Positions 14,137 to 27,047 of a stretch of 64,000 bases of DNA are shown piece by piece; positions within the stretch are counted from its first letter, which is position 1; every line of letters begins with the position of its first letter. The notes under the pieces were generated by a model. It saw only the letters and a list, made by a program, of their open reading frames with translations, searched no databases and was not told the DNA's origin. Both the position numbers and the translations under genes were made by a program. Origin of the DNA: Kondoa subrosea (taxonomy: Eukaryota); contig BCIN01000001.1 in NCBI GenBank assembly GCA_039545335.1, positions 248,001-312,000 of the forward strand, given 5' to 3'.

Positions 14137-16655
14137 CTAATGATGTTCTTGTAGAGCAGCTTCAACAGTCTTCAATAAATAAGTGCTCTTTTCTTCTTCT
14201 AATCGTCTAGTCGTTAAAGTCAAGCCAACGCGGGCATCTTGAAATCTAGAAGGATCGCGATCTATTTCCCACGTACTCAGTACAGATTCATATCCCATAG
14301 CAAAGGAAACATACACCAAGCGTTGACTAGTGCGTCCAGTTCAGATTGCGGTTCGAAAGTATGATCCAAATGATCCAACTCTTGATCTACTTTGGTAACC
14401 GGGAAACAAGCGGTAGAAAGATCCAATAGGACGCTCAAAGCGGTATAAGAATAAGGAATAGTTTCCTCGAACGGCTATTCATCACTTGTCAGCAGGTTCT
14501 CACATTTCACAGAAGAGAGTCGGCTCACCTGAGCTGGAGCAGCAACAGCAGGCATAATCAAGCCATCGATTGGTCGACCCGTTCCAGTCAAAGCAGCAGT
14601 TGCTTGCCAACGAGCAAGCCATTCAGCAGCTAAAGCGTTTCGAGCTTCGACGTAGGAGAAGGTATCCATGATTGTTGGTGGGGGATTGTTGACTAAAGCG
14701 TTTTGAATCCACTTCTCAGTCTCGCTTGGCCAAGGTTCAGAGGAAGTGGCTAAAGCTTGCGCGACTATACAGGTGTGTCGTATTAAATCGAAGAACATCA
14801 TATGGGAAGAGAAAAACGCACAGCATTCGCCTGAATCGGATAAGAGAATCTTCCCAAGAATGCTGGAAGCAGCGGGTCCTTCCATTGGATGATACTATTG
14901 CTTCCTTGTCACACAATTGTCACCTCTTTTTAAACGCAAACTCACCTCAATGACTCGATGACCAGCTTTCTCCAACGCCCCTTTGACTTTCAACAAAGCT
15001 CTCTTGAAGGGAGGACTAGGTTGCACTACACCATCGCCCTTCAAACTCCAACCAAAACACAATTGTTCTTTTTTCTGATGAGCTGGTTTCAAAGGTGCAG
15101 CAGAAGTCCAAGGTAAAGGTATAACTTGAGGATCATACAACCAAGGTTGAGTTTGAGCCATAGCGCGCATGAAGAGTTCAACATCAGAAGCAGAATGACA
15201 CAAAGGTCCAGCGCAAGATCGAGCGGATTCAAGACCAGGATAAGAAGAAGCTGAGCCTTGCATGGAGAGAACACCATGAGAGGGTCGGATGGCGTAAAGA
15301 CCTGCAAAACAAGCTGGAAAGCGTACACTTCCACCAATGCTGTAATATTGCTTTTAAATGTGTTTCTCAGTCAAGGGACAGGGATATGTGCTTACTCTGT
15401 GCCAATGGATAGAGGAGAACCTCGGAAAGCCACCAAAGCACTGTCTCCGCCAGAACTACCGCCAGCTGTATGAGCTCGATTGATAGGGTTGAGAGTTCGT
15501 CCAAACTAATTACACAACATGCTCAGGCTTTTATCTATCTAAAATCACATGTAACTCACGAGAGCGTTGACCGTATCTCCACTCATCAAAGTAGTAGGGA
15601 CGTTGGTCTTGCAAAAAGGAATCGCACCCGCTTGCTTACAAAGAGCAACAAGTGTAGCATCTTCTTTCGCTTTGCGGCCACACCATCCAACGTAGGCCAT
15701 TGTAGTGTCTAGACCTTTGATGTCGAATTGATCCTTAAAGGAAATAGGTAAACCGTGAAGAGGACCGATACTATAAACTCTCACGACTTAGCATATATGT
15801 AGCGTGACTGAAATGGAAAGAACTCACGTCTTGCCTTCGCGAGCGAAATAGGCATCGAGTTCGGAAGCCTGCAAAAGTGCCTCGTCAAAATAGATCTGTA
15901 AAGGAATGTATCGTTAGGGTATGTTCTGATTTGCACAGAAACAGAAGATTTACCTCTGTAATACAATTCAAAACCTCTGTAAGGGCAAACAAGGTCAGCT
16001 CAAATTATGCAAAACGGAAAATTGAATCGAACTCACGCTGAGCCACACAAGCGCGATGAGCGAAAGCTTGCAAAACTTGCATAGCACTCCATTCTCCCTT
16101 TGCAATGTTTTCAACAATTTCACAAGCCGTAGAATCGGTAATGATCAATTCCTCTTTGGAGAAAAATCCGCAAGAGTTACACCATTCCGTTACATTGATC
16201 ACTTGAGAAGAAGGTAACTCTGATTCGGGAATCAACCAGCATTGAGGTAGTCTAGCTTGACGTTCCGCACGCTTTTCAGCTACAGTTTCTTGCCAGGGTT
16301 TGATTTGTGCAGCAGAAACGAGTTCATTAGATGGTGAGTCAGGTGTAGTATCTAACGAGGAGAGAGAAGTAGCGGAAGAAGAGTTGGAATTGGGTGAGAA
16401 GGACCAGGTAGTTTGCAAAGATCGGTCGAGAGGCGTCGAGGCAGTCGAAGTGTTGTTTGACTCAATATCGATAGCTTGAGTTACAGATTGCCTTGATAAG
16501 AGTTTGCGGAAACCAGAGAACGAGGGCATAGCCTTTCTTGAAGGTTGAGGCTTCTGCTTTCGCTTTGGAATGGAAGCAAAGTAGCCATCGCCCGTGGCGA
16601 GACTGGATTCAGTTGTAGGTCGATGAGAAGGAGTAAGAGGTGCTCCTGGGTGCAT
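14137..16655 (-). CDS. Amidase-signature family enzyme, copy 2 (start may instead be the Met near 16529)
   Basis: HGLPISFKDQFD, GGSSGGDSALVAFRGSPLSIGTDIGGSVRFPA and VGLTLTTRRLEEEK. Confidence 0.92.
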
Positions 16656-16678
16656 GAATCGCTAATAGAAAAGTATTT

Positions 16679-16771
16679 GATAAGCGAGTGGTAGTGCAGA
16701 ACCAAAGGGCAGGGAAGTATTTTCTAGCACAAGTCTGGGCGTCCTTATCTTAGTGAAAAACAACAGATAAG
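16679..16771. promoter_or_regulatory. Three GATAAG motifs in the divergent amidase/AsnB intergenic region (candidate GATA-factor sites)
   Basis: GATAAG at 16679-16684, CTTATC at 16744-16749 and GATAAG at 16766-16771. Confidence 0.35.
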
Positions 16772-17061
16772 CCGGCCAACACACCGATCGCACGGGAGCC
16801 AGGGTATGCGACTGACGACGATCTCGTCGAGCGTGAATCCACTGAAGCTGTTCAGACTTCAGAGCCTCCCAATAGCAGAGCCTTGACCAATCTTGGCCAA
16901 AACCTGTTAATCGCCGCAAGATTACGTAAGTCACTCAAAAACCGATGTACATAAAATGCTCATTCGACAAACGCATGGTAGCCTATTCCGTTCTTATTAG
17001 CGTCATATAGCTGTCGATATTCGTTTCCATCCTCTCTCTACTCTCTTTACGCAACCAAACG

Positions 17062-19849
17062 ATGTGCGGCATCTCCTGTGTGGTCGATTTCAGGCCAACT
17101 TCTCGTGATGCATTCGAGAAGCCTCGCTATACCCGAGAGCAACTCGAAGAGCAGATGGGAGAGAGTCTTGAAGTAAGTCGATGAAGCCTATTATCATCGA
17201 CGAGGTTCAAAGCGTTCTTCCGCAAATAGCTCATAAAACACCGAGGACCGGATTCTCGAGGTACTTGGATTAGCGAGGACAATTCAGTCGGTACGTTGCC
17301 TCCCTTCACGCTTTTCAGGGTTAAAACATGCGTCAGTGCTCGGACATGTTCGACTAGCTATTATCGACCTTTCGCCATCTGGAGCTCAACCTCTTCATGA
17401 TCACGAAGATCAGATTCATGCAGTAGTGAATGGCGAAATCTATGATCATGAACGAATTCGACAAGAATTAATCGATCAGTTTCAATACCCTTTCAAGTCT
17501 CACTCAGATTCAGAATTAGTAGTAGCCGTTCGTCGTTCCCTGTATTCTTTCACTTCTTCATCTCACTCTTTTGATCACGCAGTTATACAAGCATTACGGC
17601 CTCAACTTCCTATGTCAACTTAGAGGAGAATTTTCACTATGTCTTTACGATTCGTTACATCGACAGTTCATAGCAGCTAGAGATCGTTATGGCATCAAAC
17701 CGCTTTTCTATACTATATGGAAAGGTCGACTACTTATTGCTGCAGAACAAAAAGCATTCTTACCTTTTGGCTGGAAACGTGCGTTTCCCATCTCTTTAGA
17801 TACAAAGAAGCAAACTGATCCACGAGAATAGCGGAATGGGATGTTAAGAGTATCATGGATCAGAGTTGGTCGAATAACGAAAAGACAATGTTTGAGCATG
17901 TCAGAAAGGTCAGGCAAATCTATCCGAGCTCCACAAAAGCAGCTTCCGACGGCTGTTGCTCTGACAGGTCCGACCTGGGCATTACTTGGTTGTGGATAGC
18001 GATACTGGCCATCTTGAACAAAGGCAATACTGGGATTTAAGTTATCCAGACAAGGTGCGACATCACAATGCTTTAGCTTGCTATTAAGCTTAAGTGTTTT
18101 GAGCCGCGCAGAACGTCAAAGATCCTCGACCAGTAGAAGAAATGGTGACCAAAGTTCGAAAACACTTGCTCGATGCAGTCCGACTTCGACTTCGAGCAGA
18201 CGTACCTGTTGGTATCTATCTATCAGGAGGAATTGATTCTAGTGTGATTGCTGGTATGACTGCTCATTTAGTACGAGAACAAGGAGAGAAAATGGGTAGC
18301 GATTCGGAAACGGATAGGATTTGTTGCTTCTCTATTGAGTTTGATGAGGAGGGTGGATACAATGAGCAGCGTCAGTCTATACCTGCTTGAGAAAGCGTAC
18401 AATGCTGATCCGAAAGTTGACAGCGATTGCGAAAAGAACAGCAGAACATCTTGGTGTCTCGTTCCAATCTATTCATATGAACGAAGCGAAGCTAGCCGAA
18501 TCGTATGAAGATGCTGTCTGGCATTGTGAACATTACTTTTCGGATCTAAACGTTATTGGGAAGTATGCTTTGTCAAAAGTTGTGACTGATGCAGGGTTCA
18601 AGGTAAGTAGAAAAGCAGAATCATCAGTCCAGATGTGATTGAAGCTTTTTGTACTTACAGGTCGTATTGACCGGAGAAGGAGCTGACGAGCATTTCGGCG
18701 GTTATCGTGGGTCTTTTCCGGGTTGTTTGCATGCATTACTGATCCACAACATCGATCTACAGCACTTTACCAAGCGGACTTCCTGCGGGAACCAGATCAA
18801 ACCATCGAAGAAAGCAGTACTGTGGTTAAGCTCAATGAAAAGGAACGCAAGGCTCGCCTAGCAGAAATCGAGAGCGCCAATGAAGCTGAATACAAGCGCA
18901 TTGGCGGGAATACTGCTGGCTGGGATACAAGTGTCGCTCGAACTATGCTAAACAACGTTAGTCACCTTTATACACGGCTGAGACCGACTGAAGAAGATCG
19001 TGTCAGATCATGACTTGTTGTTACATGAATGCCTTTACTTACAGCTTCTATGCTCCATGGACTAGAGAGCTAGGCTATGTGGACGCGATGCTAACAGTTG
19101 CGAACAATGCGGATGGTAGAACAAGGGATTTGATTGCTAAGAAGTGGCATCCTCTGCATTCAGCTGAATATGTCTGGACAGTAAGTATTCCGATAAGGAT
19201 CTATGCTTGTCTCATTCGGTTTGCAGCACGGTCATCTGGCTAACATCTTCCTCTCATGTCTTGGAGACCGTTGTGAGATGGCACATTCGCTTGAAGCGAG
19301 AACACCTTTCCTCGATCATGTCTTGACTGACTATGTCAATCACTTGCCACCGTATGTCCGCTACGTGCTTTAGCGACCGTTTGCTGAATCCTATTCGCGT
19401 CATACAGCTCGGTCAAGGTCAAGACTGAAGCTGATCGCAAGACTTTGACTGAGAAATGGATCTTGAGAGAAGCAGCGAAACCTTTCATCACTGAGGAAAT
19501 TTACAAGCGTCGCAAGCATCCATACAGCGCTCCAATTCTCTACAAAGTCGGCGGACCTATTCATAAAGTGGTTTCCAATATTTTGACGGAAGAGAACGTT
19601 GCTGGCTTGGGCTTCGTTGATTGGAAGAAAGTAGAGGGCTTCTTAAAGGGTAAGCTCCATCACTTCTGTTTTTGTTATGAACAGGACTCTAAGGAATGTC
19701 TTGCAGGTTTCGAAAATCAAGACACTTTGGCTATTCGACAAGCTTTCGCTGTATCCCAGCTCATCATCCTCGGCCAACGATTTGGTGTAGCTGCAGCGAA
19801 GAGCCAGAGGACCTTGAATGCTGTTCAGCCAAAAGCTCGGGGTGCATGA
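17062..19849 (+). CDS. AsnB-like glutamine-dependent amidotransferase (asparagine synthetase family, bacterial-type signature)
   Basis: Ntn Cys2 in the MCGISCVV start (missed by the ORF track), then HRGPD, LGHVRLAIIDL, NGEIYD, RDRYGIKPLFY, YLSGGIDSS, TGEGADEHFGGY, GDRCEMAHSLEARTPFLDH and EKWILREA. Confidence 0.92.
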
Positions 19850-20066
19850 ACTGCAGAAAGTGAAGATCGTGACGGTGTAACCATGAAGCAGCATCAACCA
19901 TAGAGCACTCCTATATAGACATCATACATGCATTGTCCTTCGCATTGCCCTCACTACCTTTCGACCCTAAAGCGGCTCCTGTTTCGGTCTTGCCCGCTTT
20001 CGTTTCAAAGTGACGCACCGTTTTGTAGACGAGACCCTTCCTTTGTCCTTCAACCGCAACTACACC

Positions 20067-21883
20067 ATGTCTGCTCAATTCGCCAGCAAACGTCTCGCTT
20101 CTCGTGCTCTAGCAAGATCTAAACCTCAGGCTATTCGTGCAACCAGGTTACAGACAACTGTCGCTCAACCTCAAGTTGTGCGCAATTGTTCCCGCTTTGT
20201 TCGCTGTAACTAGCTCAACTACAGTACGGTACAGGCAGCTGGATCTTCTCATGTTGCAGCTGGTGTTGCAGGAGGAGCAGCAGTTCTTTTAGGTGAGCTA
20301 TAGTTGACGCATGAGCTCCAACTCGAGCTCACAGACTTGTTACTATCAGCTGGATATGGCTACTACCATTTGTATGGCATCGTCAAACATGATCTTGTAT
20401 CTTGCTGAGAGGCTTCTTGCAGCTCTGGAGCCAAGACGGCAGTGAATACTGTCAGATCTGCAGCCGATTCAATGAAGCAACTCAAGAATACAGCTGCTTC
20501 AGCTACACCAGAGTAAGTCTTGCAATTACTGCCGTCTTCTGAAGCTGAAGGAAGGCTATTCAGCCCGAGAGTCGCAATTGGATGGTTGAGATCTGCTGCC
20601 AATACTTACGCTGCAACGATTCCCGTATGTTGATCTTTGCTCAGCTGTCAATCAGTCGATGGGTAAACGTCTGCTGACAGGGAGCTGGCTACATTATCAA
20701 CCAAACTTTCGATCAATTAGAAAGTCTCATTGACACACATGGAGATGAAGTCAAGAAAGTAGTTGAAGACACATATAGTGATATTCAATCTGCATTGAAT
20801 GATGCAAAGGGCAAAGATATTGGCGAACAAGCTGTTATCATCATCCAGAAAGCCATGCATAAGTAGGTTATCTCATTATCAGGCATTTTACAGCCTTCTG
20901 AGGGTCGATATCACCTACAGGATGCAACAGCTTGGCGCTCAAGTCAATCAAGATTATCTTGGTCCTCTATTAGACAAATCACCAGAACTAAAGAAAGCAC
21001 TTCAAGGTTCTGAAGAATCTATCCTACAGCTGGCAAAGAAGCATGGACCTAAAGCACAGAAGATTGCTGATGATACCATGAAGCAAGTCAAGGAGATGAG
21101 CGAGAAGGGATTGAACGGTCAAACCATTGCTCAAATCGTTGCGCTTGTACAAAGCAAGACCAAGGAGATTTCTCAGCTAGCTGCTGACACTTCGAGAGAC
21201 GTTTATGCTCAAGCTCAGGATTCTGTTGGTCCTGTAAGTGTAATCTCGACAACGCGTTTCATATATAGCTGATAGCTGTGTTATCAGATGATGCAGAATC
21301 TCCCAGACATCAAGAAGCTAATGGATGAGAACTTATCGAAGGTCGAAGGACTTATTGGCGAGGATGGCGTAAAGAAGGTCAAGGATCTCTACGCTGAACT
21401 CGAGAAGATGCAGCAGAATGCCAAGGGCAAAGATGGTCAGTCTAGCATGCCTACTAAAAGAGATGACTGCTAACAACATGACAGCTACTGAACTCGCGAA
21501 AGAAGCAAAGGATCTTATCCAGCAGAGGATGGGTGATATTCAAGGCGCTCTTCCAAACATGCCTTCCGGATCTGGTGCTGCATCAGCCGCAGCAGGAGCT
21601 GCGAGTAGCTTCGCTGGTCTAAACAATCTCCCTGGACTATCAGATGTTCGTTTCCCTTGATGTTGGTTTTCTTGAGTCAGCTGAGGGCTCTTGGTAGCTC
21701 ACGAAGGACCTACCTGACTTCTCCGAATTGAAGGATGTTGCTACCAAGCATGGCAAAGAAGGAGAAGATCTCTTGAAGTCAACTTATGAAGAGTTGAAAG
21801 CTATCCTCACAAAGAAAGGAGAAGAAGCAAAGAAGTTAGCCGAGAAGGCAGCGGAAGACGCTAAGGACAAGGCGACGAAGTAA
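20067..21883 (+). CDS. Mitochondrially targeted helical protein, apolipophorin/LEA-like, with one N-terminal TM segment
   Basis: Presequence MSAQFASKRLASRALAR, then GVAGGAAVLLAGYGYYHFSGAK, then long Lys/Glu/Ala amphipathic helical exons; stop 21881-21883. Confidence 0.6.
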
Positions 21884-21957
21884 ATGCGTATCTAAGGTGC
21901 TTGAAGATTTGTAACACTATCTATCACTCCCAAACTTGCAATATTCACAAACACACT

Positions 21958-24900
21958 CTATCTCATGTGTCTAGCTAGCATACTCTTTTCCTCTTGTGTC
22001 AAATAGTTCGCTAGCTGATTGAAACGATTGCTGTCCTGATGTTGACTCGTGTTCAACGTCTGGAGAATTAGTGCTTTCAAATCCAATTGCGTAATCTCGT
22101 CTTCTTCGAAGTCTTCGTCCCCCGCTTGATTATCAAGTTCATCATCGTCAAGTAATCCAGGATCCAGTCCAAAAGAGGCTGGACGAATGTGAGATCGCAC
22201 AGGAAAATTGACAAAGGACTTACCCAGAGCATTCTTGCTGTGATCGCCTCCGTCATCATCATCGTCCCACTCTTCATCCTGCTTATCTGTCAATTGTCTG
22301 AATCGTTGGTAGGAGCAAAAAGAACTCACACCGTCATCTGAACTAATGTCCTCTGCTTGAGTCTTCTTTCCACCAGAAGTATCATTTTCCAGCTCGACAA
22401 TGAGCAGCTTCAGTATCTTCGCCGGTAATGGTATTTGTGTGAACTGCTCAGGATCTGTCTCGCTTTCAACTGTGGTTCATCGGCATAATCATAAAGCTCA
22501 CTTCGCTTCGATCGCGAGCGAGTCATAATCGCTTGAAGCGATCTGTCAGCTAAGTCGCATGAAGAGGCGCGTCTATGCTCACTGTTTGCATTGGCTGGCG
22601 TGACTATAAAGTCTCCCTTGACTATAATCTGCTCCAGCGATGGTCGGTGCATTGCGAATAGTTGGCACAATGCTATGATACTAATTCGTAGATTCCAAAA
22701 TCCCTATTGCAAAGATCAATGAACAGCGGAAAAATTGCTGGGAGGAATACACACCTGGAATGTGTTGATATTATCACACCAAGAGCTCATCAAGATTTGC
22801 AGAGGCGAAGCTTCTAGGCCTAAAGGCTTAGCCGACATGCTTTCCAGATGGTTTAGAACCACTTCCGCTTGAGCGTGAATGACTTGAGCGAAAGGGATGA
22901 TAAGACTCTGCTCGCCATCAGTCAATCACACATCAAGCCAGTGCAATGATCTACCTGAGAAAAGCTCGCTGTTTGTGCTGAAGCCAGTCTGACCACCAAA
23001 GTTTGAAGCAATTCTGGCAGAACAGGAGCTACAGAGTTTCCAGCTTTCTTTATCAGATGGATGATAAGGTCGCCCACGAATAGCCCGGCAGATTCATCTT
23101 GATCAGGCGCTAGCATTCTTCCGATGACATTGAAGATGCGTATCAGGCCTGATTGCTGTCCGTCATGCCTTTCCGAATAACTCAGATACGTTGTATTTGT
23201 CTGTTGCAACAGAATGCCTCACCATGCAAGAATTTGATCGCAGCCTTTCCGTACGCATTGGACTAAGCAGTCAAGACCCTCCTGTATCGCTGTTCTGTCT
23301 TCTGTTGTCTCGAGAAGATAAAGTAGAGATGGAGCAATGGTATCAAAGAAGTTTGGCGGGAAAGGCACTTTGAGGCCGATGAGAGTGCTATCGAGAAGAC
23401 CAATAGCTGCAGTTGCCAATTGAGATTCGGAATCTTGTCTTAGCATAGCAATGAATGCGCTGAGTTTCGGTAGCACAAAGGTAGTAATGGCTTCTCGAGC
23501 AGCAGGCGTTTCCAAAGTAGCAATGGCAGACAGTAAATCAGAAACAGCTGCAGATGTCAGAGGATCTGCACTACAACATCAGCTTTGACAGTATCATGTC
23601 AAACTGCTGACCATTCGCTTGTGCTTCCCAAGCAGAGATGACATTATCTGCTAAAGCAATGAACTCCCTTGAGCTAAAGGCATCTGGATCCGCGCGAATA
23701 ATGAATTCCAAAGCTTCCAAGATCAGAACAAGCGTAGCTTCGGACGTCTGTGACAGGAGCGGGAGAAGGAGAGAAGTAGCTTCAGAGCACAAAGGCAACA
23801 TTTCTTCGCGCGGCAACAAGCGGAAATAGCTGATTACGGCATTAGCAAGATCTCTTATAAAGTGCTGAAACGTGCTGACTTAGCAATGGCCCGGACAGCA
23901 GAAACCTTGACAGAAACAATCGTATCGGCACTTCTTAGTATACCAAGAGCAGCAGAAGCATATTGAGCGGCGGAGCCATGTGGAAGAGCGCTGGAGTATT
24001 GACTCGACAGAACGAAGGCTCGACCCTGAAGGAAAGGTGCGACTGTCACGCAAAGGAAATCTTAGGTGAGTCATGTATGATGTAGAGCAGAGCCTACCAC
24101 TTGCTGAGAAGCTCGGATGAATAATCTCCTCAAACAGACGTGACATATCAATGCAAACAGGTCGACCGGCTTCAGTTTCTTGTTGGTTGTAGCTCAGAAC
24201 ATCTTCAGCGACTCCTCCAATCTGATTCAGAGCAGATTCTAAAGGCTTCCACCTGAGACACACAATCAGCACGCATTATCCCCAGGAAAGCTTAACATCG
24301 ATCTCACCAATAGTTCTGGCCAGCATTCTTATGCACAGTAGCTGATCCAGAGACTTGCCAAAGCACAGCATTTAAAGCTCGAATGGTACTTCTGCCAAAC
24401 AGGTCGACCAAGCTCTGCAGAATCATCTCAGACCTACGAGGATACCTTAATTTACTTGAACTTACGGTAAGGAAATCGCTACATCCTAATCGCAAAGTAA
24501 AAGCCAATCCCTCAGCATCTTCTTCCGCAACGAAAGTATTCGGATCAAGCCAGCTTTCTTCCTGTATATATACGTAATTAGCACAGATAAAACCCTCAAG
24601 AAGGCTAGAATCTCACGTCCTCGCTTGTAATTTGACCGAAATGTACTATAGCAGAAGTGCAATATTGTAACACTTCCGTCGCTTCTCCTGAAACAGCATC
24701 AACGAAGATAGTCTTGGTCCATGATTTCTTGCTTGCTCGATCAAGAAAGCCAATAATCCTTGCAACGAAACGAGGTAAATCAGTCGAGATATCAGATCCT
24801 CCGTCTTCTAATGGAGCGGGTGCTGTATCTTCTTCAGTCAAAAAGATCCTATTGAATGATTCCGCTAGAGAAGAAAGATGTGTCAGAGCGATGTTGACGA

Positions 24901-25837
24901 AAGATGGTAATTGTTGTTGGATTGATTTAGGAAAGGAAGAAAGAATGACTTCGACTGCATTGAAAGCTTCTGAACGAACGGCGATATTACTCCAACCTGC
25001 TTCTGACTGCACATCTTGAGCTACATCGGTAGCAGTTAGGATTTGAGAAAGAGCATCGATCCATTTTGGTAGAATGTCTTTCGTAGCGTTTGAGACAGCT
25101 GCTGGATATTCTTCTTTCACCATGAAGAGAGTCATGACACATTGAGCAAAGATAGCCAAAGTGCGAGCTCGCGATGCAGCTGAGTATTTCTTCGGATCAC
25201 CTAGAATGTCAAGCAGTCGAGGTAGTAAGTCGGCACAAATTGGTAGAAGCTGATCTTCAGTCAAGTTGGTTTTCTGGTCGAACTCGTGAGCGGAAAAGTA
25301 CATGGGAACGGCAAAGGCATACAACTAGATCTGTTAGTAATTGCAGTGTGCCATGAACAGAATCTGGCGAGCCACTGGCGAGTAGTTGCAACAGCAAGGT
25401 GATGAGATCTTCCCATTCATCAGGCCAGTCTGATACTGCAATATCTGCAATGATTGCAGCGCTGACACTTCGAATGGCTCGAGTAGGTGAAGACAAGCCT
25501 GAGAACACAGCTTGGCGGACTTGCTGCTTGACTTCATGAGTCGGCGAAGGTCCAGTGAAAGTTTGGAAAGCAGGTGACCAATACAGTGGAACATAACGCT
25601 TCAATGCTAGACCAGCAGCGTGCATTGGAAAATCAATGGTAAGGCTTTCTTCCCAGAACCAGCGTGAGCAAGACTCATCTGTCTGAGAGGGACTTCTATG
25701 GACTCATCCAAAGCTATCGCAGCCAGTCTTAGCGGACTATCAGATTGCAAGAAACTTTGATTCAACGCGTTTTCACTTTGTTGTCGAATTGATTGAACAG
25801 GCGACAGGGTCGCAAGTAGGACAGCGGGCAGATCCAT
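21958..25837 (-). CDS. KAP114: Importin-9 / karyopherin Kap114-like HEAT-repeat protein
   Basis: IBN_N start LLATLSPVQSIRQQSE, then DWPDEWEDL, AGLFVGDLIIHLIKKAG, the importin-9-like IVKGD..IMTRSRSK and an acidic C-terminal loop. Confidence 0.85.
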
Positions 25838-26198
25838 CTTCGTCGAGTCGAAAGACAGACGCAGACCGCGCGAACAAGAGCACTCGAACAATACAAGAAC
25901 AAAGGGCAACCTCGCTCGGTGATTCGAGCACACCCACTTGAATCTTTTGCACTGTACTTTCGGTCTGCATCCATGACTATACTTGTGGTGATCAATATAC
26001 TCCAACCGGAATCTCTTCAGTACTTCTTGTGTTGTTCGATCTTCTTGTCGCACTGTGTTAGTTTCTCTGCATCCCGCTACATGATATTGCTGCCGAGCCG
26101 TATTGCGATCAGGGTGCAGGCGTGCAGGAATAGAACTGCACAGCTCTTCAGAGCCTGTTTTCAGCGCTCTCGCTATTGCGGTGCTCTACTGTCTTTCC

Positions 26199-26731
26199 AT
26201 GTTCGATACTAGTCCTGCTGTACTGCACTGTCACTCTCAAAAATTGGACATGACACTATATACACCCAGTCCTACTTCTCCTTTATACGGGAACCAAGCT
26301 TCAGCAGCAATGTTCCTCATCATCCGATTGAAACGAGTTCGTCGCTAACCAAGGGATCCAGCGAATCCTATTATCTTCTAGATGAAGAGGATGAAGAATC
26401 ATCAGAAGAAGAGGTGACTCCTCTGTTAGAGGCTTTGGAGGAACTTCGAGGCAAGCTTCATCTGTCAGCAAATAGTGATAACCCTTTGCTCATACACAAC
26501 ATAGATATGCTTGATCCAGAACAAGTATTAGTCGGTACTCGGACCATAGCACAAATAGAACAGCTGATTATCGGGTAAGTCGTGCGCAATTGCTTCAAGC
26601 TTCATTAACCATTTCACCACAGTGATTACACAAGCGCGGAAGTGACGCAGCAAGCTACTTTTACAAGGAACACGCTGGACAGGCTGCGAGGTACAAACCT
26701 AATTAACGAAGTAGTTCTTTGGCTCACCTGA
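26199..26731 (+). CDS. Small acidic hypothetical protein (~145 aa, 3 exons)
   Basis: ATG at 26199, intron 26220-26269, an open exon with LLDEEDEESSEEEVTPLLEALEELRGKL, a GTAAGT intron at 26575, TGA at 26729-26731. Not in the ORF track. Confidence 0.5.
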
Positions 26732-27047
26732 AGATCTTAGTTTTCGTCGACTCGATATTATCAAGAGCAAGCAGCAGATCTGATCACTGATGCAATTGCT
26801 CTTGCAATGAGTCAGAAAGTGCGAAAGTAAATAGGGCGAAAGCAGTAAAATTCTCAATGAACTAAAAGCTCCCTTATGGACATCTACAAGGATACAAGAC
26901 TGCACTTCCATTCTACATTGACAAAAATTTGACACCTCTTACATTGATACTTTCGAAGTGTACACAGTTGTGAGAGTTATCATTGACTCCAGCATCAGTA
27001 AGGTCATGCCCGGTAGCAGTAGAGAAATTCGTTGATTGTCCGGCGAA

